In this document: positions 37,663 to 49,639 of the stretch, in pieces
Layout: every line of letters begins with the position of its first letter
Position numbering within the stretch: the stretch's first letter is position 1
From: Burkholderiales bacterium
GTDB taxonomy: Bacteria; Pseudomonadota; Gammaproteobacteria; Burkholderiales; SG8-39
NCBI GenBank assembly: GCA_050248795.1
Contig: JBFWRS010000002.1
Span: 69,018 to 133,017 of the forward strand
DNA: 64,000 nucleotides
Direction of reading: 5' to 3'
Program-made: the position numbers and the translations under genes
Notes under the pieces: model-generated
The model's database searches: none
The model's input: the letters and a program-made list of their open reading frames with translations, nothing else
What the model was told of the DNA's origin: nothing

Positions 37663-38777
37663 CCGCCGCCGCGGAAACGCTCCGCCTGGCGCCAGACCAG
37701 GTCCGGCAGCGAACCGTTGCCTGCATATGCCTTGCGCATCCAGCGCGCGTCGTTGCCGTCGCGCGCGATCGCGGCGATCAGCGCGAGCGGCTCTTCGGCC
37801 TGCAATTCGCGCGCATGCACCTCGACCGCGGCAAGCGTGGTGAGTATGTCCTCGCCGATGCCGCGGCGCGTTGCCGCCACCGCGTCCAGCGTCTCGCCGT
37901 CGATGCCGAAGCGGCAGGCCTGGAAGCGGTTGTACGTGTACGCGAGATAGACATCCTCGGTCAGCGGGTGCGGCCGCTCGACCAGCAGCCAGCGGCACAG
38001 CACCTGCGCGTAAGCCGCAAGCGCGGCGGCCCGTTCGACTTCCAGCGGCGTGTCGCAGACGCGGATCTCGATGGTGCCGTACTCGGGCTTGGGCCGGACG
38101 TCCCAGTAGAAGTCCTTCATATTCTCGACGACGCCCGCGGCGCGCATCTTGGCGAAGTAGTCCTCGAAGCTGGACCACTTCAGCAGGAAAGGCGCGCGGC
38201 CGGACAGCGGAAACGCGAACACCGCGTTCAGGCGCGACGAATCGAAGGCGGTATCGACGCCCTGGTAGTAGGGCGATGCTGCAGACAGCGCGATGAAATG
38301 CGGGATGTAGCGCGCCAACGAGTGCAGCAGGTACAGCGCGTCGTCGCCATTGGCGCAACCGACGTGTATGTGCTGGCCGAACACGGTGAACTGCTTGGCA
38401 AGGTAGCCATAGAGCTGCGAAATCTGGTGGAAGCGCGGCCGGTCGACGATCTGGCGCTCGGACCAGTGCTGGAACGGGTGTGCGCCCCCGCCCGCAACGA
38501 CGACGTTCAGCCGGTCGGCCGCCTGGACCAGCGCATCGCGCGTGCCCTGCAGCTCCGCAAGCAGCGGCGCGTGCCGCTCGTGCACCGCGGTGCTGATCTC
38601 GATCATGCTCTCGGTGATCTCGGGCTTGATGTCGCCGGGGTGCGGCGCCTTTGCCAGCAGCGCAAGCAGGTCGCTGGCCGAGATCGCCAGGTCGCAGTCG
38701 CGCCTGCGTATCAGTTGCAGCTCGAGCTCGGTGCCGAGGGTGAGCGCGGCCGATCTGGCGAAACCCAGGGGATCCAT
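37659..38777 (-). CDS. ybdK: YbdK-family carboxylate-amine ligase (glutamate-cysteine ligase family 2)
   Basis: TLGTELELQL, FGQHIHVG, WDVRP, TIEIRVCD. Confidence 0.9.
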   Translation of the reverse strand: MDPLGFARSAALTLGTELELQLIRRRDCDLAISASDLLALLAKAPHPGDIKPEITESMIEISTAVHERHAPLLAELQGTRDALVQAADRLNVVVAGGGAHPFQHWSERQIVDRPRFHQISQLYGYLAKQFTVFGQHIHVGCANGDDALYLLHSLARYIPHFIALSAASPYYQGVDTAFDSSRLNAVFAFPLSGRAPFLLKWSSFEDYFAKMRAAGVVENMKDFYWDVRPKPEYGTIEIRVCDTPLEVERAAALAAYAQVLCRWLLVERPHPLTEDVYLAYTYNRFQACRFGIDGETLDAVAATRRGIGEDILTTLAAVEVHARELQAEEPLALIAAIARDGNDARWMRKAYAGNGSLPDLVWRQAERFRGGG

Positions 38778-38778
38778 G

Positions 38779-39960
38779 TCAGGCCTTTCCGCTCTCGGCA
38801 GCTTCGCCGGAGCGCACCAGCGCGAAGTGCGCCACCAGCGGCCCGAGCAGCTCTAGCATCACCACTGCGGAAACGATCACGGTGGCGAGCTGCTGCCCCA
38901 GTTGTGGTACCAGCTCCGCCGCGTCTCGAACCAGCAGCAGCACGACCGCCGACATCGGCATCAGCGCGAGGCTGAGCAGCGACGCCTTGCGCAGCGCAAG
39001 GCCGGACATGCGTGCGAACAGCATCACCGCGACCCATTTTCCGGCATAGCGGGCGGCGACCAGCGCGGCGCCCGCGAGCGCGCCCGCCGGCAGCAGGGCA
39101 AAGTCCAGGCTCGCGGCGGTCAGAGCAAACAGGGACATGATCGCGATGTCGCCGATCCGTCCGAAGCGCAGTGACACGAACAGCCGCCTCGAGTCGAACG
39201 CCCGGCACATGACGCCGTAGGCCAGCACGACCAGGACGACATACAGGCCGAACTCGTGCGCCAGGGACACCGACAGCACGACGACCGCAATCACGCAGAT
39301 GAGTTGTGCATCGCTGCTGCGCCCGAGCAGGCGCAACAGGCCGAGCGTCGCCAGTGTCGCGGCACCGGCGAAGCCGAGAGAGCCGAAGATCGTGTAGAGC
39401 GGCCGCCAGATCATGTCCTGCCATTCCGCCGAGTGCTGGTGCAGCATGCGGTTCAGCAGCACGCCGGCGACGACGAAGGCGTAGGCGCAGTTGAGCGCGG
39501 TCAGCAGCAGCGCGCGCTCGGTCACCTGGCCGTGGGCCCGCAGGTCGTTCGACAGCGTCAGCACGACCGCCGGCGCGGTGGCCATGCCGATCGCGGCGGC
39601 GGTCGCAGCCACCAGCGGCGGCGCGTCCAGCAGCCACAGCACGCCGTAGATCGCGGCGAATGTCAACGCGCTCTCGAGCACGCTGGTCGCGAGCAGCCAG
39701 GGGTTGCGGCGCAGCCAGCCCAGATCCACGCGCTGCCCCAGCTCGAACAGCACCAGCGCCACCGCGATCTCGACGATGCCGCGCAACTGCGGCAGCCGCG
39801 CCTCGTCGAGGACGCCGGCTACCGCGGGGCCCAGCACCACGCCGGCTGCAATCCAGCCGAGCAGGCGCGGCAGCCGCAGCACGCGCGAAAAGAGCTCTCC
39901 GGCGAGATTCGCCAGCAGCACCACGAGCGCGAACCATGCAAGGTTGTCAAAGCCGGTCAT
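38779..39960 (-). CDS. Cation:proton antiporter (CPA) fold membrane protein
   Basis: LRLPRLLGWIAAGVVLGP, LFELG, ATAPAVV; about 12 hydrophobic segments. Confidence 0.8.
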   Translation of the reverse strand: MTGFDNLAWFALVVLLANLAGELFSRVLRLPRLLGWIAAGVVLGPAVAGVLDEARLPQLRGIVEIAVALVLFELGQRVDLGWLRRNPWLLATSVLESALTFAAIYGVLWLLDAPPLVAATAAAIGMATAPAVVLTLSNDLRAHGQVTERALLLTALNCAYAFVVAGVLLNRMLHQHSAEWQDMIWRPLYTIFGSLGFAGAATLATLGLLRLLGRSSDAQLICVIAVVVLSVSLAHEFGLYVVLVVLAYGVMCRAFDSRRLFVSLRFGRIGDIAIMSLFALTAASLDFALLPAGALAGAALVAARYAGKWVAVMLFARMSGLALRKASLLSLALMPMSAVVLLLVRDAAELVPQLGQQLATVIVSAVVMLELLGPLVAHFALVRSGEAAESGKA

Positions 39961-39989
39961 GTACCTCCATCGTCGACCGCGACCAGCAG

Positions 39990-40044
39990 CGCCCGGATGC
40001 CGCGTCCGGGACGCCGGTCAGCTGTAGCTCGCCTGGATGCCGCG
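39990..40044. repeat. 15-bp direct repeat pair in the leader of the CPA-ybdK operon
   Basis: cgcccggatgccgcg (39990-40004) and cgcctggatgccgcg (40030-40044); TATAAT on minus at 40050..40045. Confidence 0.6.
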
Positions 40045-40088
40045 ATTATAGGTCGGGCAGCGCGCGGGTGCCGGTAGCGCGCGGTACT

Positions 40089-40679
40089 TCAGTACTTGAC
40101 CGTGCAGCCGTAGGCCGTCGTCCTCGCGGTCGTCACCGGCTTTCCGGCCATCGCCTCGTCGAGCGCCGCGCGCACGTAATTCCGCGCCGTCTTCACGTCC
40201 GCAGGATTGGTGGAGCGCTTGTCGTCGATGGCGCCGGCGTACACCAGCTTGCCGGCAGGATCGATGACATACATGTGCGGCGTGGTGCGCGCGTCATACG
40301 AGCGGCCTGCCTTTCCCTGCTCGTCCATCAGCACCGCGCGGGGAGCGCCGCCTTTCTGTTTCATCCAGTCGCCCAGTTCGCGGGGCTGAAGGTAATCCGG
40401 ATGCGAGGGCTTGGTCGAATTGACCGAAAGCCATACCACATCCTTCGCGCCGTACTGCTTCTGCAGGCCCTGCATGTTGTTGCTGTCGTAGTGCTTCTGC
40501 ACGTAGGGGCAGCCGGGATTGACCCACTCGAGCACCACCCACTTGCCCCTGTGATCGGAAAGCTTCACCGGCTTGCCGTCGGTGCCGGGCAGCGTGAACT
40601 CCGGCGCCATCTGGCCGGGGGCGGCGGCAAGCGCATGGGTGGAAACGAACGCGGATACGAGGACCAGGGTGCGCAGCAT
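40089..40679 (-). CDS. Exported redoxin/AhpC-TSA family protein
   Basis: Signal peptide, [23 protein letters not shown]. Confidence 0.85.
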   Translation of the reverse strand: MLRTLVLVSAFVSTHALAAAPGQMAPEFTLPGTDGKPVKLSDHRGKWVVLEWVNPGCPYVQKHYDSNNMQGLQKQYGAKDVVWLSVNSTKPSHPDYLQPRELGDWMKQKGGAPRAVLMDEQGKAGRSYDARTTPHMYVIDPAGKLVYAGAIDDKRSTNPADVKTARNYVRAALDEAMAGKPVTTARTTAYGCTVKY

Positions 40680-42725
40680 TCAGGACTCCTTTCGCGGGAT
40701 GGGCGCGAGCGCGTCCAGCATGATGCGCTCGCTGAGGATCTCGGGCAGCAATTGCGGCGACCTGCCCGGGACATGAAGCACATAGACCGGCACACCGCTG
40801 CGGCCGAACCCGGCGAGCGCGGCGGTTATGTCGGGGTCGCGGCGCGTCCAGTCGGCGCGCATCAGCACCAGGTCCTTCGACGCAAACGCGGCGCGGACCG
40901 GCGCGCTCTCGAGCACGACTTTCTTGTTCACCTGGCAGGTCACGCACCACGCGGCGGTGAAGTCGACGAACACTGCCTGCCCGGACGCGTTCAGCTCGGC
41001 GATCGCGCTCGCGGAGAACGGCTTCCAGCCTTCGGCCGCCTGCGCCGGCTGCGCAGTACCGGCCGGCGCCGCGAGCCAGGCCGCGGCCAGCATCGCCGCC
41101 ACCGCGGCCGCGCGCACGGTGCCCCGCTGCGCGCGGCCGAGCAGCCATGCCGCGAACGCAAGCGTCACCAGCCCCGCGCCCAGCCGAACGATGCCGTCGG
41201 CACCGACCTGCACCAGGAGGACCCATGCAAGCCACACCACCGTCGCGTAGAGCGGGAAGGCCATCGCCTGCTTGAAGGAGGCAAGCCACGGCCCCGGCCG
41301 CGGCAGACGCCGCAGCAGTACCGGGTTGAACGCGAGCACGACATAGGGCAGGGCCATGCCCGCACCCATGGCGGCAAACACCAGCAGCGCGGTAGCGACG
41401 TCCTGTGTCAGCGCGTAACCCAGCGCCGCACCCATGAACGGCGCGGTGCAGGGGGAGGCGACCAGCGCGGCCAGCACGCCCGAGAAGAACGAATCCGCCA
41501 GCGGGTGCTTCAGGCTCTTGCCCGCCAGGTGGGCCGGCACGACGCTGCCGAACTCGAATACTCCGGACAGGTTCAGCGCGAGCAGGAAGAACAACAACGC
41601 AAGCAGCGTGACCACCAGCGGCGACTGCAACTGGAATCCCCAGCCCACCGCCTCGCCTGCGGTGCGCAGCGCGATCAGCAGCCCGGCCAGTGCGACGAAA
41701 CTGCCGATGACGCCGATGGCGAACGCAACACCCTGCAAGCGCGTGGCCGCAGAGTCGCCGGACTTCGCGAATCCCAGGATCTTCAGCGACAGTACCGGAA
41801 ATACGCAAGGCATCAGGTTCAACAGCAGGCCGCCAAAGACGGCGAACACGAATCCCAGCCACGGCGTCAGCGTTTGCACGGGCGCAGCCGGGGCGGTGCC
41901 GGTGCCGGGCGCCAGCGTGCCGGTCATCTGCGCCTCGAACGCGAGCGGACGCTCGCCCAGGCCGCTGACAATGCCGGCGATGCGCGGCTCGCCGGCCGAG
42001 AGCTGGCGCGACACCGCGAGCGTTACCAGCAGGCCGTCCGCAAGCTGCCGTACGCGTTGCGGAGCGCTGTGTTCGACCAGGCCTTCGACGGCAGGAAACA
42101 CGTAGACGCCCGCAGTGGACGCCGGCCGCAGGCCGGGCAGCATCAGCTCGATGACGCCATCGCGCGTGCTCGCCGATGCGCCAGCGACCGCCTGCGCCGC
42201 CAGGCCCTTCAGCGACCGCTCGAACAGCGCACGCCACCTGGGGTCTGCCGCAACCGGTCCCGCCTGCACCGGCAGCGTCAGTTCAAGGTCGGCGCCGCGC
42301 GGCAGGCAGACGTCGCTGCACACCAGCCAGTCGGCGCGCGCGGCGATCCTCACCGGTTCTGCGGCGGCAAAACCGGGTGCCACCCGTAGCTCGACCGGCA
42401 GCAGCACTTCGCCCTCGTAGCCGTAGTTCATCAGCGGCGGCACCGGGATGCGCTTCGGTTCGGGCCACTGGATGGGACCGGCCTCGATGCCGGGCGGCAG
42501 TTTCCATTCGATGCTCGTCGGCGCGCCGGAATCGCCCGGATTGAACCAGTAGGTATGCCAGTGCGGCGCGATCTTCATGCGCAGCCCTGCGAGCGCCTTC
42601 TCTCCTGGCACCAGCGCGGATTCGCGCAGCACCAGCTCGGCCTCGACGTAGTCGGTCTGCACCGGCGCGGCAACGGCGGCGACGGCGGTCCAGCAGGCGA
42701 CGAGGATCGGCAGCACGCGGAACAT
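40680..42725 (-). CDS. dsbD: DsbD/ScsB-family thiol:disulfide interchange protein
   Basis: WLVCSDVC, NLMPCVFPVL, ASPCTAPF, DFTAAWCVTC; start could be 42737. Confidence 0.85.
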   Translation of the reverse strand: MFRVLPILVACWTAVAAVAAPVQTDYVEAELVLRESALVPGEKALAGLRMKIAPHWHTYWFNPGDSGAPTSIEWKLPPGIEAGPIQWPEPKRIPVPPLMNYGYEGEVLLPVELRVAPGFAAAEPVRIAARADWLVCSDVCLPRGADLELTLPVQAGPVAADPRWRALFERSLKGLAAQAVAGASASTRDGVIELMLPGLRPASTAGVYVFPAVEGLVEHSAPQRVRQLADGLLVTLAVSRQLSAGEPRIAGIVSGLGERPLAFEAQMTGTLAPGTGTAPAAPVQTLTPWLGFVFAVFGGLLLNLMPCVFPVLSLKILGFAKSGDSAATRLQGVAFAIGVIGSFVALAGLLIALRTAGEAVGWGFQLQSPLVVTLLALLFFLLALNLSGVFEFGSVVPAHLAGKSLKHPLADSFFSGVLAALVASPCTAPFMGAALGYALTQDVATALLVFAAMGAGMALPYVVLAFNPVLLRRLPRPGPWLASFKQAMAFPLYATVVWLAWVLLVQVGADGIVRLGAGLVTLAFAAWLLGRAQRGTVRAAAVAAMLAAAWLAAPAGTAQPAQAAEGWKPFSASAIAELNASGQAVFVDFTAAWCVTCQVNKKVVLESAPVRAAFASKDLVLMRADWTRRDPDITAALAGFGRSGVPVYVLHVPGRSPQLLPEILSERIMLDALAPIPRKES

Positions 42726-42768
42726 GGGGGCTCCCATTCGACAGGCCGAATCCGCGCCGGTTCCCGCG

Positions 42769-43215
42769 CTAGCGGGACAGGGGAAGCTTCTCCAGCCCGC
42801 GCAGCCGTGCGCCAGGCTTGATGCCGCGCTTGGCGAACCAGCCCGCGTTCATCTCCAGCGCATAGCGCGCCGGCCCGGCCGCACAGCGCGACGTCAGGTC
42901 ATGCGGCTGCATCTCGAGGATATTGACGATGGTGCCGGATTCGTCGATGAACGCCACCGCAAGCGGAATGAGCGTGTTCTTCATCCACATGCAGTGCTCG
43001 GACGATTCGTCGAAGACGAACAGCATGCCGGCGTTGGTGTCCATGGACTTGCGCAGCATCAGCCCCTGCATGCGCGTACGGAAGTTGTCCGCCACCTCGG
43101 CACGGATGAGATGCATGCCGGCCGAGAGCTGCACCGTCGGCAACGGCGGCTGCTGCGCGCGCACCGGCAAGGCGACCAGCAGCGCGGTGATGAGGACGAT
43201 GACAAGTCGGGTCAC
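42769..43215 (-). CDS. DUF192 family exported protein
   Basis: GLMLRKSM, GMLFVF, MWMKNTLIPL, ALEMNAGWF; GTG start followed by a signal peptide. Confidence 0.85.
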   Translation of the reverse strand: MTRLVIVLITALLVALPVRAQQPPLPTVQLSAGMHLIRAEVADNFRTRMQGLMLRKSMDTNAGMLFVFDESSEHCMWMKNTLIPLAVAFIDESGTIVNILEMQPHDLTSRCAAGPARYALEMNAGWFAKRGIKPGARLRGLEKLPLSR

Positions 43216-43225
43216 CAGTGGCTCC

Positions 43226-43262
43226 AAAAAGCAAAAAGGGCGATGCCGAAGCCTCACCCTTT
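43226..43262 (-). terminator. Intrinsic terminator after the small peptide gene
   Basis: AAGGGTGAGGC-TTCG-GCATCGCCCTT stem followed by T-rich tract on minus. Confidence 0.75.
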
Positions 43263-43282
43263 CATTTTCGCCCAGAAGTTGA

Positions 43283-43426
43283 CTACTTCTTCGGGCAACC
43301 TTCCATCTTCGGGTTCTTCTTGCACTCTGCCGCCGTGGGCTTCTTCGCGCTTTTCTTGTCCGCGGCGATGGCATTGACGCTGGCAGCCGCGAATACCGCG
43401 GCGACGATCAGGGACAGCAACTTCAT
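43283..43426 (-). CDS. 47-aa secreted Lys-rich peptide with two Cys (absent from the ORF track)
   Basis: MKLLSLIVAAVFAAASVNAIAADKKSAKKPTAAECKKNPKMEGCPKK; AGGAG SD, Sec signal, own terminator. Confidence 0.75.
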   Translation of the reverse strand: MKLLSLIVAAVFAAASVNAIAADKKSAKKPTAAECKKNPKMEGCPKK

Positions 43427-43628
43427 TGTCTTCTCCTAGTAGTAGTTGTCGTGCAACGATGGGGCGGCGCGGCATGGCCGCACAGCTACCCGCCCGCTAA
43501 ACGCGGTACCGGCGCAGACGGTTGACCGGCAATGGCAAGTCGTTGTTCTGGCTGGATTCGTCAGTCCCTGCTGCAGCCGCCTTATAATGCGCGCCCTTCC
43601 CCATCCAGCGCATCGATCAGGAGCATTC

Positions 43629-44885
43629 ATGGCGTACAAGCACATCAAGGTCCCGTCCAGCGGCGAAAAGATCAGCGTTAACAAGGACTTCTCGCTATCC
43701 GTGCCCGACCAACCGGTGATTCCGTACATCGAGGGCGATGGCACCGGAGTGGACATCACGCCAGTGATGCTCAAGGTGGTCGATGCGGCAGTGCAAAAAG
43801 CCTACGGCGCCAAGCGCAGGATCGTGTGGATGGAGATGTTCGCCGGCGAGAAGTCGTGCAAGGTCTACGGCGAGAACGTCTGGCTGCCGCAGGAAACCCT
43901 GGACGCATCCAAGGAGTACGTCGTTTCGATCAAGGGCCCGCTGACCACGCCGGTCGGCGGCGGCATACGTTCGATCAACGTTGCGCTGCGGCAGGAGCTT
44001 GACCTGTACGTCTGCCTGCGGCCGATCCACTACTTCAAGGGCGTGCCCTCGCCGCTGAAGGAGCCGGAGAAGACCGACATGGTGATCTTCCGCGAGAACT
44101 CCGAAGACATCTACGCCGGCATCGAATGGGCATCCGGGACGCCTGAGGCGAAGAAGCTGATCGACTACCTGACGAAGGAGATGAAGGTCACGAAGATCCG
44201 CTTCCCGGGCACGTCGGCGATCGGCATCAAGCCGGTTTCGTCCGAGGGCAGCGAGCGCCTGATCCGCAAGGCCTTCCAGTACGCCGTGGACAACGACCGG
44301 AAATCGGTGACGCTGGTGCACAAGGGGAACATCCAGAAGTTCACCGAGGGCGGCTTCCGCGACTGGGGCTATGCGCTGGCGCAGAAGGAATTCGGCGCCA
44401 CGCTGATCGACGGCGGCCCGTGGTGCAGCTTCAAGAACCCGAAAACCGGCCGCGAGATCGTCGTCAAGGACGTCATCACCGACGCGTTCCTGCAGCAGAT
44501 CCTGCTGCGCCCGGCAGAGTATGACGTCATTGCCACGCTGAACCTGAACGGCGACTACATCTCGGACGCGCTCGCCGCACAGGTGGGCGGCATCGGCATC
44601 GCGCCGGGCGCCAACATGAGCGACTCCGTGGCGATGTTCGAGGCGACCCACGGCACGGCGCCGAAGTATGCCGGCAAGGACTATGTCAACCCGGGCTCGG
44701 AAATCCTCTCCGCCGAGATGATGCTGCGGCACATGGGATGGACCGAGGCGGCCGACGTCATCATCGCGTCGATGGAGAAGGCGATCCTCGACAAAGTGGT
44801 CACGTACGACTTCGCGCGCCTGATGACCGGCGCGAAGCAGGTGTCGTGCTCGGGGTTCGGCCAGGCGATGATCGAGCGCATGTAG
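43629..44885 (+). CDS. icd: NADP-dependent isocitrate dehydrogenase
   Basis: [39 protein letters not shown]; TATAAT at 43583. Confidence 0.96.
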   Translation: MAYKHIKVPSSGEKISVNKDFSLSVPDQPVIPYIEGDGTGVDITPVMLKVVDAAVQKAYGAKRRIVWMEMFAGEKSCKVYGENVWLPQETLDASKEYVVSIKGPLTTPVGGGIRSINVALRQELDLYVCLRPIHYFKGVPSPLKEPEKTDMVIFRENSEDIYAGIEWASGTPEAKKLIDYLTKEMKVTKIRFPGTSAIGIKPVSSEGSERLIRKAFQYAVDNDRKSVTLVHKGNIQKFTEGGFRDWGYALAQKEFGATLIDGGPWCSFKNPKTGREIVVKDVITDAFLQQILLRPAEYDVIATLNLNGDYISDALAAQVGGIGIAPGANMSDSVAMFEATHGTAPKYAGKDYVNPGSEILSAEMMLRHMGWTEAADVIIASMEKAILDKVVTYDFARLMTGAKQVSCSGFGQAMIERM

Positions 44886-44909
44886 CCCGCCCGGGGAGTG
44901 CCGCAGGCG

Positions 44910-44937
44910 AAAAAAAGCCGCCCGTGGGCGGCTTTTT
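44910..44937. terminator. Bidirectional intrinsic terminator (icd/cspD)
   Basis: AAAAAAAGCCGCCCGTGGGCGGCTTTTT. Confidence 0.85.
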
Positions 44938-44957
44938 CATGTGCTTAGGGGAGCTTC

Positions 44958-45161
44958 TCAGGCCTTGTTGATGTTCGACGCCTGCTTGCCCTTCGGGCCC
45001 TGGACGACATCGAAGGAAACCTTCTGGCCTTCCTTCAGCGTCTTGAATCCCGACATCTGGATCGCGGAGAAATGCGCGAAAAGGTCTTCGCTGCCGTCGT
45101 CCGGCGTGATGAAACCGTAGCCTTTCGCGTCGTTGAACCACTTCACGGTGCCTATCGCCAT
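44958..45161 (-). CDS. cspD: Cold-shock domain protein (CspD-like by position)
   Basis: [23 protein letters not shown]; divergent from clpS. Confidence 0.88.
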   Translation of the reverse strand: MAIGTVKWFNDAKGYGFITPDDGSEDLFAHFSAIQMSGFKTLKEGQKVSFDVVQGPKGKQASNINKA

Positions 45162-45286
45162 TGCCATCCCTCGGTTGGTTGAGAACTCCGGGTACTCCCC
45201 CCCGGGCCATGCTTGAAACTCACGACCCCGCCGCCCTTCGATTCGGTCCATGGCGAAACAGACAGCCTGAATCCAAACACACGCGG

Positions 45287-45315
45287 CTTTTACGCCGCTT
45301 CACCTTGTGCGTCAA
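45287..45315 (-). promoter_or_regulatory. Sigma70-like promoter for the csp gene
   Basis: TTGACG-17 bp-TAAAAG. Confidence 0.55.
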
Positions 45316-45434
45316 GTGGCCTTCCCGGGCGGGAATTTCGCCCGCCGTCCGGCGATGTGGCGCGTTGCGCTCGCCCAACACATTGATTAGGATAGTTCGG
45401 GCCGTCACATAGCGGGGAACGGGACCAGCGCAGC

Positions 45435-45743
45435 ATGCCGATGCAGCACAAGGACGATGCGGTACTCGAGGCGCGGAAAGCCAAGCTCAAGCCTCCGGCC
45501 ATGTTCAAGGTCATGCTCCTGAACGACGACTACACGCCGATGGAATTCGTCGTGCTGGTGCTGCAGAAGTTCTTCGCGATGGGCCGGGAGCGCGCCACCC
45601 AGGTGATGCTGAAGGTACATCGTGAAGGCATCGGCGTCTGCGGCGTGTATCCTCGCGATATTGCGTCAACGAAGGTCCAGCAGGTTGCATCCTTCGCCCG
45701 CAAGCACCAGCACCCTCTGCAATGCGTGATGGAGGAAACGTAG
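45435..45743 (+). CDS. clpS: ATP-dependent Clp protease adaptor
   Basis: [20 protein letters not shown]. Confidence 0.95.
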   Translation: MPMQHKDDAVLEARKAKLKPPAMFKVMLLNDDYTPMEFVVLVLQKFFAMGRERATQVMLKVHREGIGVCGVYPRDIASTKVQQVASFARKHQHPLQCVMEET

Positions 45744-45744
45744 G

Positions 45745-48033
<2,289 letters not shown>

Positions 48034-48071
48034 TCGCCGGTCGCGGTAAACATTCAATGGAGGGAGGACCG

Positions 48072-48374
48072 ATGAGACTGAGACTCGCACTGCTGGCGGC
48101 TGCGGCTGCCATGATGCCGTTCGCGGCAAATGCACAGGGCGCGCAGGCACGCGCGAACGCTGCGGCCTGCTCGATCTGCCACGGCACCGGCGGCCATTCC
48201 GTGACCAAGGACGTCGTGCCGCTCGCCGGCCTGCAGCGCGAGCACATCGTCCGGCAGATGCGCGATTTCCGCGCCGGCAAGCGCCCCGCGACCGTGATGC
48301 ACCAGATCGCGAAGGGGTACTCGGACCAGGAAATCGACCAGCTGGCGGCGTGGTTTGCCGCGCAGAAGAAATAG
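48072..48374 (+). CDS. fccA: Monoheme cytochrome c subunit of flavocytochrome c sulfide dehydrogenase
   Basis: Signal peptide, single CSICH, ATVMHQIAKGY; directly upstream of the flavoprotein. Confidence 0.8.
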   Translation: MRLRLALLAAAAAMMPFAANAQGAQARANAAACSICHGTGGHSVTKDVVPLAGLQREHIVRQMRDFRAGKRPATVMHQIAKGYSDQEIDQLAAWFAAQKK

Positions 48375-48382
48375 GGGGCGCC

Positions 48383-49639
48383 ATGTTGCCATTCAACAGA
48401 AGGGATTTCCTCAAGCTCACCGGCGCTGCTGCGGCGCTTTCCCTGGCGGGATGCTCGACGGCCGGCAAGGCGCGTGTGGTCGTCGTCGGCGGCGGCTTCG
48501 GCGGCGCCACCGCGGCGAAGTACATCCGCATGTGGGACCCGGCGATCGAGGTCATCATGGTCGATCGCGAATCCGGGTTCGTTTCCTGCCCGATCTCGAA
48601 CCTGGTGCTCGGCGGTTACGCCAGCATGCAGGACATCAGCACCGGCTACGATGGGCTGCGCAGGCACGGCGTTCAGGTCGTCAACGACAGCGTGACGGCA
48701 GTCGATGCGTCGAAGAAGGTGGTGCGGCTGGCCCGCGGTGGCGATCTTTCCTATGATCGCCTGATCGTCTCGCCCGGCATCGACTTCAACATGGGCGAGA
48801 TCGAGGGTTATGGCGCGGCGATGGCGGCGAACCGCGTGCTGCACGCGTGGAAGGCGGGCCCGCAGACGATCGCGCTGCGGCGGCAGCTCGAGCAGATGCG
48901 CAACGGCGGCGTCTACGTACTGTCGGTCCCGCTTGCCCCCTATCGCTGCCCGCCAGGGCCGTACGAGCGGGCAAGCATGGTCGCCGCCTACTTCAAGCAG
49001 GCGAAGCCGCGCTCAAAGGTGCTGGTGCTGGACGCCAATCCGGACGTGAGCTCCAAGGGCCCGTTGTTCAAGCGCGCCTGGGCCGATCTCTACAAGGGCA
49101 TCCTCGAGTTCCGCGGCAATGCCAAGGCCATCGGCGTAGCGCCCGGCATGGTCAAGCTGGAAGTGGAAGACGTCAAAGGGGACGTGCTGAACGTGGTGCC
49201 GCCGCAGCGCGCCGGCGACATCGCGGTGCAGGCGGGACTCATCACGCACAACAACCGCTGGTGCGATGTCGACTGGCGCACCATGGAATCGAAGAAGGTC
49301 GCGGGAGTGCATGTGCTGGGAGATTCCACCCTGTCGGCGCCGGGAATGCCGAAGTCGGGAAGCATGGCGAACAACCACGCGAAAATCGCCGCCGCCGCGA
49401 TCGTCGAGATGCTCAACGGCCGCGCGCCCGGGCCGGCACCGAAGATCATCAATACCTGCTACAGCTTCGTCGCCGAGAAGGAGGCGATCAGGGTGTCCTC
49501 GGTACACACCTGGGACTCGGGCAAGAACACGCTCGTCCCGGTTAAGGGCGCCGGCGGCGTCTCGGCCGCACGCAGTCCTGCTGAAGCCACCTTCGCGTGG
49601 AACTGGGCGAAGTCCATCTGGTCGGACTCGCTGGGCTGA
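48383..49639 (+). CDS. fccB: Flavocytochrome c sulfide dehydrogenase flavoprotein (FccB/SoxF)
   Basis: Tat NRRDFLK, GGGFGGA, SCPISN, YRCPPGPYER, MPKSG, NTCYS. Confidence 0.9.
   Translation: MLPFNRRDFLKLTGAAAALSLAGCSTAGKARVVVVGGGFGGATAAKYIRMWDPAIEVIMVDRESGFVSCPISNLVLGGYASMQDISTGYDGLRRHGVQVVNDSVTAVDASKKVVRLARGGDLSYDRLIVSPGIDFNMGEIEGYGAAMAANRVLHAWKAGPQTIALRRQLEQMRNGGVYVLSVPLAPYRCPPGPYERASMVAAYFKQAKPRSKVLVLDANPDVSSKGPLFKRAWADLYKGILEFRGNAKAIGVAPGMVKLEVEDVKGDVLNVVPPQRAGDIAVQAGLITHNNRWCDVDWRTMESKKVAGVHVLGDSTLSAPGMPKSGSMANNHAKIAAAAIVEMLNGRAPGPAPKIINTCYSFVAEKEAIRVSSVHTWDSGKNTLVPVKGAGGVSAARSPAEATFAWNWAKSIWSDSLG

Noticed and set aside
45162-45290. Long csp 5' UTR as a novel ncRNA
   Set aside because: Long leaders are normal for cold-shock genes, and I could not support an independent RNA from sequence alone
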